A program made the translations under genes and the position numbers. Shown here piece by piece: positions 27,215-38,085 of a stretch of 64,000 bases of DNA; position 1 is the first letter of the stretch, and each line of letters begins with the position of its first letter. The notes below the pieces were generated by a model. The model was not told the DNA's origin and did not search any database. It saw only the letters and a list, made by a program, of their open reading frames with translations. The stretch is taken from assembly GCA_000002435.2 (NCBI GenBank), contig CM018792.1. One strand, 5' to 3'. The stretch is from Giardia intestinalis. Its lineage: Eukaryota.

Positions 27215-30200
27215 TTACAAGATAGATACTGTAGGTGACATGGGCAGGTCCTTGTACTGATGGACAATATCAGGCACTAGGCTATCTGATAGGTCGCTGA
27301 GGGTCTCGCATTCGTTAGGAGTCCGTGGAGCTTCCGCAAAATTGCCCGAACCCGGAGGCGGTATAGCAGACGAGGAACTGGGCATTTCGTGCGCTGCACT
27401 ATGCGTGACGCTGCTGCCAGTTGCAGAGGCAACAAGAAGACTTGTTGATTCCAGAAGACTTATTCCACTTGTTCCCGCACGTGCATCAGTAAGATGGCTC
27501 AATCTTATCGGACTCTGCGGGACCTCTATCGTGTATCTGGTTACAATCTTCTGGGATAAGTTTTGCTTGTCGGTATTTGTATACCTGCTTGTTGTCCTAC
27601 TCATGTTTGTCTCTAACAGCTCATCATCCCCAGACATGGAACACGGACCGACTAAGTCTTCCTCACGAAGAGTACTATGTCCGGGCCAATTGATACTCTT
27701 TTGCATGTAACTTGAAAGAACCACGCTATGTGGCAGGGCGCCTGTGACACTGGTGACCAGCTGCTTGGGGGAATCAGAAGGGGGGTATACACCACTTTGG
27801 TGTGAATTACTTGCAAGAGAGCTTGCCGTTAGGAGCGCTGAGGGAGGTGGAGGAATACTTGCTCGGAGCGAGGTGTTCAATGCTACAATCCTACCTGTGG
27901 GCGTAGAGTAGTACTGGATGGGGTGCATGTGGTAGAAATATCGCGCTGTGCGCGTGCTGAGAACAAAGACAGACAGGAACCGCTTCATTAGAAGAATGGA
28001 CACTTCGCCAACTATACCTGGTATCGGCACAAGGACGCATCGATTGTTTGGATTGGCAAAATTGATGAAGTTTGGAAGCATCGATGTGTTATTGGAATGG
28101 CATGATGAGTTATGCAATACCTCTGGCTCTGCCGAGTCGTATGCAGCAGACCTAGATCCTGAAAGGTTATTAGCACGAGCCGTCGACGAATCTATACCGA
28201 GCCCTATCTCTTGAGTGCTAGTCTGCATGCTGTATGCTTGGGTAAACAACCCCGAAAATGAGAAGTCGTATCCGCAGCATGTGCTGATCCAATACTTCAC
28301 TAATCCTAAGCACAGGGATATCAAGCTTGTTCGGCTTCGCAAGGGATACAGCCCATTGACAGATAGGTAGTCTACAAATTCTTGAAATGAGCGGCATTGC
28401 AAAGCCTTTTGTCCAGTGTACAGCAAATTCATATCATAAACAAGCCTGATTTTATGTAGAATAGCAGTCATCATGGAAGATTTGAGCGCAAACGTTTTAA
28501 GGGTGTTCATAGCTGCAGTAAGCAAGCTGTATGCTAGACCATGTAGGACCGACCCCTGCTCTGTCTTTATACTAAGATGAATAATAGAATCATAGCAACT
28601 TGACTCAGTCATTATGGTAAAGAACTCTGTGTATTTATGCTCCTTGGCTTCATTGGAAAGCAAGAGCAAGAGATTTAGCATTTTCAACTTAATAAATATA
28701 GAGACGGCTGGATCAGAAAGAAGTAGGGCTGTTCGATGAATAAATATTTTAATCGTTTGCAGATATTGCTGAGCCTGATCTATGAGAGACGGATTAATGG
28801 TTGCGCGGTTAGGAATGGTGATCACTTGAAAAGATGGGTTGTCGGACTCTGAGTTGTGAGCTAGTGTCTGAAAGGTGTTGTGAGTAACGTGTGCGCATTG
28901 AAAGTCTGATCCAGAACCCCTTTGCCCTAAAGTTGGCATAAATGGAACCTCATCGTCTACCGTAGATGGCATAAAGTGGGCATTAAATAGGTCCTGGAAC
29001 GTTTGCTCGTCGTTTTCTTGAACTCTGTTCGAGTGCTCAGGTATTGGTGTTAGCTCTGTTTCAGTTAGAGACGGGGGCTGCGCACTTTCTCCGGTTGGGG
29101 TGCGTAGTAACGGGGTAGAAGAGCTACTACTATCTATAGATAACCGCATGGTCTCGTAGACCCTCATATCTGTAGAAACAACGCTCTCTGCGGGGCGTTT
29201 TGTTTCAGTATGCCGAGGAGGCATCATGGGCTTTTGGACCTTGAGCTCCTCTTTGTCAAGGAATACATCTGGACTAAGGGCCTTGCTATAGCTGATTGTG
29301 GTAGGAAAGGGGCTTATTGACCGATTACTAGGACCAACGTCACTTGGCTTCCTACATGGCCCGCTTTTGTTCGTTAAAAAGACAAAGGACCCTTGAGATA
29401 GTGTACTGTCCACGCTGCCTGAGAAACGCCTTTCCTCAAAGTCTTGGGTCAGATCTATTTGCTCATCTTGCTGCAATGATTCTCTGCTCATGGTAATAAT
29501 ATCCATTGCTAGGGAAAACCCCAGAGGGAGGGTCTCCATCAAGCATGTGATTGCTGTAAAGAACGCGTCCATCGCTCTGTCATCTAATTCTGTAGCTGTT
29601 TCTGGGACAGAGTGTGTATCGAGACACTGATCAATGCACAGTTGCCTTCGCTGATAATCTCCAGGGTATTCTCTGCTCGCAATTAGAATAGGTGTACATG
29701 ACCGTGACGTTCTGTTAATAACTCCCCAGCTAGTTTGCAGGGTTTGAGGCAGGGGACAGGGTGCATAGGTCAGGTTTTGGGCCAAGCTTGGGGTTCGGCT
29801 CCGTTGCTCCATATGTGCACTCTCCTCATCTAGGATGGTCAGCCGCTCACAAATAGACTGCTTCTCGTTTCGTGGGAAGGCAAGAGTTGCTTCTAAGGAC
29901 CTGAGTTTATCAGCCAGCTCGAGGGCAGACAATTTACCATAGCCGACTATTTCTGAGTAGTTTTCAGAAAGATATATATTCAGATACTTTAGAAAGAAGT
30001 CAGCAATCTGTATATTGTGCGGTGAAAGCAGCTGCTTAAGTACGGCTCCAAAATTTTGGACCTTGGAAAAGGAATCTTCAGAAAACATGCTAGTAATGAT
30101 ATGGGCGAGGATAGTATAGCCTAAGTTGAGATTCTGTGTAAAGGACAAGTCCCGAAAAAAATCAGAGTATGTTACTAAAATTTCTGGATTATCTATGTGT

Positions 30201-30568
30201 CTGAGTGGCTTCAGAAAGGCGTTTAAGTTGCCAGTTGATGAGCTACTGAATTCTTGCAGCTTATGGAAATTTTGGGAGAAGATAGTCAAAAAGGACAGCA
30301 AATGCAGGGACAACTCATGGGCGCCATCCCCCACGAAGCTAAAAATTAAGTGAAGACATTTGTATGAAAACAGTTCATCAATGCTTTTGCTAGATGCCGT
30401 TATTATGTTATCCGTGAGCTCTCGTAGCTTTACGTTAGCAGCAACCTCGTCTCCAGCGGTGTAAAGCATTATGATTTCGTTGATAGTGTCTTTAATTGGG
30501 AAGAACTCGTCGCTCTCGAAACTGTGCTCGCTGAGAGCTGTCGAGGAACTAATCATTGAGTGGTACAA
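27215..30568 (-). CDS. Hypothetical large protein, 1117 aa, possibly helical-repeat-rich at the N-terminus and Ser-rich at the C-terminus
   Basis: A 3.35-kb uninterrupted ORF of protein-like composition. No family was recognised. Confidence 0.55.
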   Translation of the reverse strand: MYHSMISSSTALSEHSFESDEFFPIKDTINEIIMLYTAGDEVAANVKLRELTDNIITASSKSIDELFSYKCLHLIFSFVGDGAHELSLHLLSFLTIFSQNFHKLQEFSSSSTGNLNAFLKPLRHIDNPEILVTYSDFFRDLSFTQNLNLGYTILAHIITSMFSEDSFSKVQNFGAVLKQLLSPHNIQIADFFLKYLNIYLSENYSEIVGYGKLSALELADKLRSLEATLAFPRNEKQSICERLTILDEESAHMEQRSRTPSLAQNLTYAPCPLPQTLQTSWGVINRTSRSCTPILIASREYPGDYQRRQLCIDQCLDTHSVPETATELDDRAMDAFFTAITCLMETLPLGFSLAMDIITMSRESLQQDEQIDLTQDFEERRFSGSVDSTLSQGSFVFLTNKSGPCRKPSDVGPSNRSISPFPTTISYSKALSPDVFLDKEELKVQKPMMPPRHTETKRPAESVVSTDMRVYETMRLSIDSSSSSTPLLRTPTGESAQPPSLTETELTPIPEHSNRVQENDEQTFQDLFNAHFMPSTVDDEVPFMPTLGQRGSGSDFQCAHVTHNTFQTLAHNSESDNPSFQVITIPNRATINPSLIDQAQQYLQTIKIFIHRTALLLSDPAVSIFIKLKMLNLLLLLSNEAKEHKYTEFFTIMTESSCYDSIIHLSIKTEQGSVLHGLAYSLLTAAMNTLKTFALKSSMMTAILHKIRLVYDMNLLYTGQKALQCRSFQEFVDYLSVNGLYPLRSRTSLISLCLGLVKYWISTCCGYDFSFSGLFTQAYSMQTSTQEIGLGIDSSTARANNLSGSRSAAYDSAEPEVLHNSSCHSNNTSMLPNFINFANPNNRCVLVPIPGIVGEVSILLMKRFLSVFVLSTRTARYFYHMHPIQYYSTPTGRIVALNTSLRASIPPPPSALLTASSLASNSHQSGVYPPSDSPKQLVTSVTGALPHSVVLSSYMQKSINWPGHSTLREEDLVGPCSMSGDDELLETNMSRTTSRYTNTDKQNLSQKIVTRYTIEVPQSPIRLSHLTDARAGTSGISLLESTSLLVASATGSSVTHSAAHEMPSSSSAIPPPGSGNFAEAPRTPNECETLSDLSDSLVPDIVHQYKDLPMSPTVSIL

Positions 30569-30738
30569 AATTTATTGTCAGAATTAACATACACGCTGTT
30601 CCTGTTAATGGCACTTCACAAGCCAGCTCCTACAAAGTACAGAACGTTTGAGGCCTCTAATACACTAACTAATGATTCGCTGTCATTCACAGTTTACTGG
30701 AATACGGCCCCTGCTTCCTACGTTGTCGAGCTGCGTAG

Positions 30739-31254
30739 TCAAAACTTCTGTTTACCCTTACCCAGAATCACTGCAGATGTGAAGTCATAAAAGAGGTCTG
30801 CTTCTACCTGGGGTTCATCTGGAGTAGCCCCAACAAACCCAATGTCTTGCAAGGTAAGAAGGTCATCCGATGGCAAGGGTGGAAATGTGAGAGGAGAGCC
30901 CTTATATAGCCTGATATCTTTATTCAAGCATTTGCTAATAGATTGCCGATCGTAGTCAGTCAGCCCAGACACGGGGGTACCAAGGTCTGAGATGCGCGGG
31001 CCTCCTGACGAGGGCAGGAGGCATGTGGTAGAGATAGCACCTCTGTGCTGGTGCCGTATCATATCCTTTATTGCCGCTAGAGATGTCGAGAGAGGCACCC
31101 GGACAACAAAATTTAAATAAGACCACGAAACAAGCTTAACGGTCAGTGTTATAACCCTGTCATATTCCTCGGGTCTAATTGCTGTGTATTCAAAGGGTGG
31201 CCGTTGAGAGACAAACGCCGGAGCCTTTTTCGAGGCATCTTTCTTGGGAGGCAT
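30739..31254 (-). CDS. Hypothetical small protein, about 171 aa. Its likely start is MPPKKDASKK.
   Basis: The ORF track gives 30739-31290, which would overlap the upstream gene's stop at 31275. Starting at Met 13 (31254) removes the overlap. The N-terminus is lysine-rich. VITLTVKLVSWSYLNFVVRVPLSTSLAAIKDMI looks beta-grasp-like. Confidence 0.4.
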   Translation of the reverse strand: MPPKKDASKKAPAFVSQRPPFEYTAIRPEEYDRVITLTVKLVSWSYLNFVVRVPLSTSLAAIKDMIRHQHRGAISTTCLLPSSGGPRISDLGTPVSGLTDYDRQSISKCLNKDIRLYKGSPLTFPPLPSDDLLTLQDIGFVGATPDEPQVEADLFYDFTSAVILGKGKQKF

Positions 31255-31274
31255 TTTAAATTTTGTGTCAGAGT

Positions 31275-33038
31275 TCAAGCTCGAGCGCATGATCCACGTG
31301 CTCGGGGCCTGGATTGTGGCTGAGCCGTGCTTCCTGGCCGCAACTTAAACACATTGAGAACAGATTCTATTTGTATGGTGTCATTTCCCCCCAGCTTGAA
31401 TGTTTGAAGGATGATCAGAGGAGAAACAGCTATTCCCAGTCTACTTCTGAAGAACCACAGTAGCTCTTTTGAGCTTACAATTTTCCTGTTATGGAAAGCC
31501 TCAGAAAGAAGAACCCTCATGGACTCCCCGCGGGCGCGTAACTTCTTTATCACATCCTGGACAAATACACTACACTCTGTGTGTTGGGCTTGTATCTCCA
31601 TTTGTGCCTCAGTCGTAATGAACCCATTGTCCTTGTTACACTGTTTTTCGCTAAAACTTGAGAGTGGCAGTGAGTTGAGAGCAGTAGTTGTGTACCTCTG
31701 GTCGTCACCTGTCTGAAGACACGATAGGGAACAGCTGGATTTGGCTACAGAGCTAGTGGAAGCGGGCCTCACGCACTGTTTTGGTAGCGGCTTGTCCGCA
31801 GAGAAAGCTTGATGCGATGAATTGTGTGGTACGTTCATATAATTTGGACTGTATGCTCCAGTGAATGATGCCTTCATATCCACTTCTCCTGTAGGCACAC
31901 TTATGGTTGCTCTCCTGCCATGCTGCGGAGGCTTTAAAGCACACTCAACAACAGGTATCAAGGGCCGCTTACAATACATTGCCGCGGTGCTGCAGGGACG
32001 ATTAGGAAGTTGAAGAGGAACTAGATATTCCTGACAAGACAAGAGCTTCAGGAACCCTTGATAAGACATTAGCTGATGAGTTGAACCGTCGTTGGCACGT
32101 TCAGACACCACCCTGAAAATATCTCTTGTCAGCTCTTCGCTTACCTCTATATCGGTAAGGTCCCTCACCGCTGAAACAAAATCTGCTATAGTCAGATAGT
32201 TGTATCTTCGTCTATCTATTCTTCCAAAAAGAGCACGCGGCGAAGAAATGGCTGTAAATCTCTCAGCAAGATACAGCATGACTAACGACACATTTCCATC
32301 GAGCTCTGTATTGTATGCCAATCTGTGCTCGGTCCCATCGTGTACACCTTCTTCTCTAAATTTGATCTTCATGTCCGAAGCAGACTCATCAAATGTGATA
32401 GTCTCTTCTGCTGCCACTGGGGTATTAGAAGATTCTAAGGGTAACTCGGGCTGATGCTGAAGCAAGATGTTAAACTCGTGAATGGACATATGCTGGATCC
32501 GAGGATCACTCTTGAGTTGTTTCCAGAGGTTACTCCAGGCAGAGTTTGAAAGCATGATACCGCACCGTGTACTTAGAATATTACGTAGATGATGCTCATA
32601 AAGGAATTCTGCTCCATGGGTACACACCTTGTAGAACTTATAGACCGAGCACCCCAAGCTATGCATATACCGGACCAGTGCGCGCCTAACTGTGTCGACT
32701 GTAACTGCTGTTTTATCCTCCTGAGAGACAACAACTGATTCTATGCCATCCTCTAAGAAGTGCTTGAAAAGGTTATAATCCATCATGTTTCTTCGCCTGC
32801 TATTAACAATACAACCCGACTCGTTGCAATCTACATATCTACTGAACCAGCTACTCACCTGCTCCTCGGTGACAACCCCGCGAGGCAGAGAAAACCGGTC
32901 ACAGTACTGAATGAAATCGTGCACGGAAACATACCCGTCTCCATCCATATCAACTGCTTGAAACAGTCGAAAAGTGGAGCTTGTCTGTTCAGTCAGTTTT
33001 TGCCTCAGAAATACGAGCAGCGTATCAGATGACTGCAT
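31275..33038 (-). CDS. EF-hand domain protein, 587 aa
   Basis: A canonical EF-hand loop DMDGDGYVSVHDF sits near the N-terminus, and there is a second EF-like segment …LTIADFVSAVRDL… The ORF is clean. Confidence 0.55.
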   Translation of the reverse strand: MQSSDTLLVFLRQKLTEQTSSTFRLFQAVDMDGDGYVSVHDFIQYCDRFSLPRGVVTEEQVSSWFSRYVDCNESGCIVNSRRRNMMDYNLFKHFLEDGIESVVVSQEDKTAVTVDTVRRALVRYMHSLGCSVYKFYKVCTHGAEFLYEHHLRNILSTRCGIMLSNSAWSNLWKQLKSDPRIQHMSIHEFNILLQHQPELPLESSNTPVAAEETITFDESASDMKIKFREEGVHDGTEHRLAYNTELDGNVSLVMLYLAERFTAISSPRALFGRIDRRRYNYLTIADFVSAVRDLTDIEVSEELTRDIFRVVSERANDGSTHQLMSYQGFLKLLSCQEYLVPLQLPNRPCSTAAMYCKRPLIPVVECALKPPQHGRRATISVPTGEVDMKASFTGAYSPNYMNVPHNSSHQAFSADKPLPKQCVRPASTSSVAKSSCSLSCLQTGDDQRYTTTALNSLPLSSFSEKQCNKDNGFITTEAQMEIQAQHTECSVFVQDVIKKLRARGESMRVLLSEAFHNRKIVSSKELLWFFRSRLGIAVSPLIILQTFKLGGNDTIQIESVLNVFKLRPGSTAQPQSRPRARGSCARA

Positions 33039-33221
33039 TAAATCCTAGATCTTAAGATCTTAGATTAAAATTGAAATTTCGCATCAAATTTTAACGAGCC
33101 CGAGGCCTTAGCACAAGTGCGGCTATGCGTATATAACTGTGCTTATACATTGCTTAGAGTATTCTTTCTGCATGATTCCTGAAACAGAGTAAATTACTTA
33201 AAACCTAAAAAACAGTCCCCC

Positions 33222-33917
33222 ATGACAACACCACAGCAGCCCCCAAACGACAGCTGGCTTCAAGATAGTTATAATTCGTCGGAGGACTCGATGGACTATC
33301 CAATAGTCAATACAGACCTCCTAGTTAACGTGCCGCTAGACTTTATCAGAGATACCTTTAATCACGCAGACCTTCCAGAGCTCTTCACCAACTTCGAAGC
33401 CGTGTTACAGGGGCTAGAGTTTTCCTACGAGGCTGACACAGAGAAACTTGAGGACGCGAGCCTTCAGGTGGAGATCGGACTGCTCTACGGTCTGCTCCAT
33501 GCGCGCTTTGTTACCACTGATCAAGGTTTAGCAAAGCTTAGCCGGATGTTTCTGGCTGGAAAGTTTGGTATGTGTCCAAGAGAAGGCTGCAAAGACTGTC
33601 CCTTACTTCCCGTTGGTGCCAGTAACGTGCCAGGGGTGTCTCCGTTGGGAGGATACTGTGTCTATTGCAAGGATGTCTACCTTCCGTTATCGCATGACGT
33701 TCTGAAGGGAGAGCTTGTAGACGGATCCTTCTATGGCAGTAGCTTCCCTCAGGTCTTTCTTTCTAGATACCCCAAGCTAGAGTCTAAGCTCATCGCCAGT
33801 CTAGACGCCTCAACAAACTCAGATAGTCCGACATACTACAAAGATATTGACGCAAAGCTCTCCAAAGAGAACATGCACCTCTTCGGCTTCAAGATCAATT
33901 GGGGGCTTGTAGAATAG
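33222..33917 (+). CDS. Casein kinase II regulatory (beta) subunit
   Basis: SWLQDSY…VNVPLDFIRDTFNHADL matches the CK2beta N-terminus ([32 protein letters not shown]). GLLYGLLHARFVTTDQGLAKLSRMFLAGKFGMCPREGCKDCPLLPVGASNVPGVSPLGGYCVYCKDVYLPLS…DGSFYGSSFPQVFL matches [70 protein letters not shown]…DGAYFGTGFPHMLF, including the 4-Cys zinc ribbon. Confidence 0.9.
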   Translation: MTTPQQPPNDSWLQDSYNSSEDSMDYPIVNTDLLVNVPLDFIRDTFNHADLPELFTNFEAVLQGLEFSYEADTEKLEDASLQVEIGLLYGLLHARFVTTDQGLAKLSRMFLAGKFGMCPREGCKDCPLLPVGASNVPGVSPLGGYCVYCKDVYLPLSHDVLKGELVDGSFYGSSFPQVFLSRYPKLESKLIASLDASTNSDSPTYYKDIDAKLSKENMHLFGFKINWGLVE

Positions 33918-34013
33918 CTGTAGCAGCAGCGGATCTCCAGAGCCTTGTAAATTCAATGCTGTGTTTCGCACTTGTTTAGTAACAGGTACTAGATTGACAG
34001 CAGTCACTACGAC

Positions 34014-34400
34014 TTAAGCTGTAGGGAATGCAAAGCAGATCCGGCGTCGTGGATGAAGAGCTTCTAGTTTCTTACGATGGAACGCTAGAATCTGTGCATA
34101 GAGCTCGTTGCTTGAAGACCCGGTGCCTTCTAGAAATTCAAGCAGCCGAGCAATTCCAAGAGAGCTGCATGCCCTGTATGCGTTAGGGACATATAGTAGG
34201 GGCTTATCTGGGTGTATCTTGAGACAATGTGCATGCAACGCACTTACTGACTTGAATCGCTGACCACGACGTGGACAGCCGGGAGTACTACACCGAAAAT
34301 GCCGAGCTCGCTGATGAAGCTCCAGCCCCTCTTTTGTCTTGAAAAGCCTTCCACAGTATAAGCAAAGAGCAGTGACTATGAGCACCTTGGTGCGGCCCAT
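34014..34400 (-). CDS. Small C2H2 zinc-finger protein, about 128 aa from Met 125 of the ORF
   Basis: CLYCGRLFKTKEGLELHQRARH and FRCSTPGCPRRGQRFKSVSALHAHCLKIH are C2H2-type fingers. The ORF track extends it to 34772, which would overlap the CorA-like gene on the opposite strand. The internal Met at 34400 (MGRTKVL…) removes that overlap. Confidence 0.45.
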   Translation of the reverse strand: MGRTKVLIVTALCLYCGRLFKTKEGLELHQRARHFRCSTPGCPRRGQRFKSVSALHAHCLKIHPDKPLLYVPNAYRACSSLGIARLLEFLEGTGSSSNELYAQILAFHRKKLEALHPRRRICFAFPTA

Positions 34401-34478
34401 CAAAAATGTTAGAAAAATTAAAAACCGATAACCTTCTTTTTCCACACTGTCCCGGGCCTCCGTATCTACTAACGAGTT

Positions 34479-35480
34479 TTGCTCATGCACTACACGTTTC
34501 TTGAAACCGTGAATAGACAGATGGTCTTTTATATCTACATTATGCTCGATGGGAAGCTTGTTCGGTCTACCGAGACCAAAGCTGTGCTTCTTCCCAAGCA
34601 GCTTTCCTCCCTCTCCTTGGAGATGGCATATCTCAAAGCTGATGAGGATACCATAATATTCAAATTTACACAGTTTCGAGGCATCATAACAGAAACTGTT
34701 CTCTACCTGGTCCAGGCCGGGCTCACTGATGACTCTCTTAAGGAACTGGAGGCATGCTTCCAAGTTTCTCACAGAGACCTAGTCAATGAGCCGTTCGAAG
34801 TCCAAGTGCTTGATACTATTATAAGTACTGCCACGGCTGCCTTGCGGACTAGGCTCAACGATATTAATTCAGATTTCGTTCAGATTGATTTGGCAAACAG
34901 AACAAAGGACGGAGTTAAGGATCTTCTCTTTCAGTTTCCTGATCGCCTATTGGACCTCAGCACCCAGTGTCAATGCATTTCACTCGCAATTTCAGATCTT
35001 CTAGACGACGAGGATGAGATTATTAGTCTTTGTTTCAAGAACAGGCATTTCCAACGAGACAGACTTTACTTTTGCAAGGTTCAGAAGGAGACCTTCAACA
35101 ATGGAAATGATTATCTGCCCTACCCTATTGACACTCTGGTTAACATGCTAGAGATATACCTCTTTCTTACTAAGGCAATGATCTCCACGGTAGATGTGAT
35201 GCGGTCAAACATCCTCAACACCTTCTCCCTCAGCGAATTGGATTTGGATAAGCGTCGGAATAAGATCCTTCGTTTTGAACTACACATAACATTTGTTTCG
35301 CTAGCTATCGAGATTGCATGCATGTTTTCCTCTCTTCTGGGCATGAATGTGTACATACCAAACAGCGAGAGTGTCCCTGTTTTCTTTTACACAAGTGGTG
35401 GTATTGTGGCTTTCAGTGTCTGTATTATTTTGGTTTGCCTACTTGTGGAACGCATCATCAATCGTAGGCAAGTTAACTGA
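34479..35480 (+). CDS. Mrs2/CorA-family Mg2+ transporter
   Basis: The C-terminal architecture is TM1 ITFVSLAIEIACMFSSLLGMN with the GMN signature at its end, a short loop VYIPNSESVP, TM2 VFFYTSGGIVAFSVCIILVCLLV, and a basic tail ERIINRRQVN. The N-terminal soluble domain is helical. Confidence 0.65.
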   Translation: MLMHYTFLETVNRQMVFYIYIMLDGKLVRSTETKAVLLPKQLSSLSLEMAYLKADEDTIIFKFTQFRGIITETVLYLVQAGLTDDSLKELEACFQVSHRDLVNEPFEVQVLDTIISTATAALRTRLNDINSDFVQIDLANRTKDGVKDLLFQFPDRLLDLSTQCQCISLAISDLLDDEDEIISLCFKNRHFQRDRLYFCKVQKETFNNGNDYLPYPIDTLVNMLEIYLFLTKAMISTVDVMRSNILNTFSLSELDLDKRRNKILRFELHITFVSLAIEIACMFSSLLGMNVYIPNSESVPVFFYTSGGIVAFSVCIILVCLLVERIINRRQVN

Positions 35481-35532
35481 CATTAGAGTAAACGCTTGTT
35501 CCGTTGACTCGAAAAGAAAAGTATAGCAACCT

Positions 35533-38085
35533 GTGTGTATGTCAACTTGTGTGCCATCTATCACTGAATCAGATGATGGCAGTAGAAGGGGTACGGTGGA
35601 TTCGCATTTGGAAGAGTGCAGTCCCACGTTCCTATCTACTACAGAATCTTTCTCCCCCAGAACACCACATTCTCATGCAGTAGTACAACATAGTACTAGC
35701 CCCAGAGATACGAGGGGACCAGAATGTCGCTCTGAACCGTGGTGTACCGTGGATTTCTTCCCATGCCTTCAAGAAACGGAACGCAAAAGTGCACTAGCCC
35801 CATCTCTGCAGGCGTCATTGGCATGTCTTCCCAAAGTAACTTGCTTGTCAGATTCCCAGAAGGATGTGCTAATACGTCACGACGAGCAGATAAGTGCTGC
35901 CACTACAGACTTTCAATACATGGCCCCGACCATGAAATCAACCCATACAAACAAGAGATTGATGAAGAATTTAACCGCAGTGCAGCAAAGAAAACGTAAC
36001 GACAGTACAAAAAGTGTTCTAAACACGTCAGGTGGATTAGGAGAAATGGAGCTTCCTAAAGCAGAGTTTACTAGCACCACACTACGTGCAATCATACCGA
36101 ATACATCAAAATTGGAGCGAGAATACCTTTTCCCCAGAGCCACGAGTTGCATCAGTTATAGTGACGAGCGAATACGCATGCGACTTGCCAATAAAGCCAA
36201 CGATGAACGAAGTACAAAGCCTATCATGTATGCAGACTATGATGACGTGGGCATGCGCTCCTCATCTGCTCTTGCTGTGCTAAATCCCTTCAAACTAGCT
36301 CCAGAAAGTCTCCTGCATCCATATGATGAACTAGCGCTTCAGCCCCTGAAGAGGGCTGTGCGAAAGAGTAGTAGTATTAAAAAGCACTTGTTTCGATCCT
36401 ATCTCACAGCAGCTGCAGCTAATTTGCGAAATGCTGTATCAGAGCAGGGGTTTTATGCCAAAGGAAAGCAAGTTTTCTGTCATGCAAACTCGCCTGATCA
36501 ATCAGTAGGGGGACAACAGACTTATAGTTACTCCAATAATATACAAAGCGACCACTATATAGCCCAGGATGATGACGAGAGCCTACGGAAAAAGAATGAG
36601 GAAATGCTCTACAGATTAAAATACAGTCATTTTATTTTGAAAATTATCAATACAGAAGAAGATTGCGCCGATGAAATCATGGAAGATTTGAATGACCTGC
36701 TTCACTGCACGTCGGCTACCAAATCAGTCAAATCTCAAGATTCATGTCTAGAAGGTCATAACTCTGGTGTCACCATTAAGCGTATAACAAATGATGGAAT
36801 TAAGTATACAGTAAGATACGATGCTGATCTCACAGTGCCAATTGTTATTAAGATAATCGCAAGCCACAGTATTCTTGAACTTCTCTATGCAAGCTACAAG
36901 GACAAAAGGGATTTAGTACGCATAATTCGAGATTACGAAGAAGACCAGGTTGCGTTTCGGATGGGCTTATTACAGACGACTGCAACTTCAAATACTACTG
37001 CTGTGACACCGTCTTCTGTTCCTTGTAAGCATTTGTCCCCACAGTCACAAAAGCTCCTTACCACTGAACCTAGTACAAGCTCTATGCCGAGTGACTATAG
37101 CAGAGCATTCTTCTCACTAATTAATCCGTCCAAGTCTGACAATCCAAAGGGTGAAGCTGTTTCAGAGCCAGAGGCGCCCAAGCGACAATCCTACAACATA
37201 AATATGTGTATTCAGCGGTTGAACAATGAACTGAAGAAGCTAGAAGAGAAACGGCAGCAAAGGAAAAGTAAAGAGGAGGCTGCAGAGCCACAGAGTTATT
37301 CTATGAGTGACTCTGGACTATCTTCCTTTTCGCTGACCCTGGACTTCTCTCCCGATAGAGCTGGCCCAGGCGATGATTGGCGCTCTCCATCCATGACTAC
37401 TCTGATTTCGAAAAGACCTATCCGCACATCTATCGTAGAGGATAAGCCTATAGACAGCACACATGCCATGACATTATCATTATTGGATACGTTCACGACA
37501 AGAAAAGATATGTGCAAAATGATACTTTTAAAGCAGAGCCAGAGAGCCCCAGATGACCTGTTAGCCAGAGCATCTCAACTTCGCGACAAGCTCACACAGA
37601 AACGGGACATTGAGGCTTTTAATGCGGAGCAGAAGAAGAAGACATCTGTGGACGTGCGTAGAAGCAACGAAGAGGTCATATCATACATGCTCTCAAGTCA
37701 TCACAACAGTCGCAGGATCCTTGCAAAGGAGGATCTAAAACCTGCGATAGACAAGGTAGGGCGTCAGGCTGTTGCACGGGATTACTTTCATGGTGACGCA
37801 CCCAGTGGTGCACAAACAGTTACTTTGGATACAGATGCGATAAGAAAGACGCTGGATGCATATGTGCACAAGAATAAAGGCCCGACCAAATGGTGCACGT
37901 TCAATCCAGTAAAGGGTGTAACAAGGGAGCATATATCACGCCACGATGCCACTAGAGCATCACTAGCTCAGCCAAAAGCTGCACCTTTTCCTCGAAGCTT
38001 GAATTTCAAGACGGATGCAGTAACACAACCCGCTGGACCGTGGAAAGCCATGAAAGTGACCAAGCCAGATTACTATTCTAAGTAG
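35533..38085 (+). CDS. Hypothetical protein, 850 aa, Ser/Thr-rich and partly low-complexity
   Basis: A clean 2.5-kb ORF with no recognisable domain. Confidence 0.5.
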   Translation: MCMSTCVPSITESDDGSRRGTVDSHLEECSPTFLSTTESFSPRTPHSHAVVQHSTSPRDTRGPECRSEPWCTVDFFPCLQETERKSALAPSLQASLACLPKVTCLSDSQKDVLIRHDEQISAATTDFQYMAPTMKSTHTNKRLMKNLTAVQQRKRNDSTKSVLNTSGGLGEMELPKAEFTSTTLRAIIPNTSKLEREYLFPRATSCISYSDERIRMRLANKANDERSTKPIMYADYDDVGMRSSSALAVLNPFKLAPESLLHPYDELALQPLKRAVRKSSSIKKHLFRSYLTAAAANLRNAVSEQGFYAKGKQVFCHANSPDQSVGGQQTYSYSNNIQSDHYIAQDDDESLRKKNEEMLYRLKYSHFILKIINTEEDCADEIMEDLNDLLHCTSATKSVKSQDSCLEGHNSGVTIKRITNDGIKYTVRYDADLTVPIVIKIIASHSILELLYASYKDKRDLVRIIRDYEEDQVAFRMGLLQTTATSNTTAVTPSSVPCKHLSPQSQKLLTTEPSTSSMPSDYSRAFFSLINPSKSDNPKGEAVSEPEAPKRQSYNINMCIQRLNNELKKLEEKRQQRKSKEEAAEPQSYSMSDSGLSSFSLTLDFSPDRAGPGDDWRSPSMTTLISKRPIRTSIVEDKPIDSTHAMTLSLLDTFTTRKDMCKMILLKQSQRAPDDLLARASQLRDKLTQKRDIEAFNAEQKKKTSVDVRRSNEEVISYMLSSHHNSRRILAKEDLKPAIDKVGRQAVARDYFHGDAPSGAQTVTLDTDAIRKTLDAYVHKNKGPTKWCTFNPVKGVTREHISRHDATRASLAQPKAAPFPRSLNFKTDAVTQPAGPWKAMKVTKPDYYSK

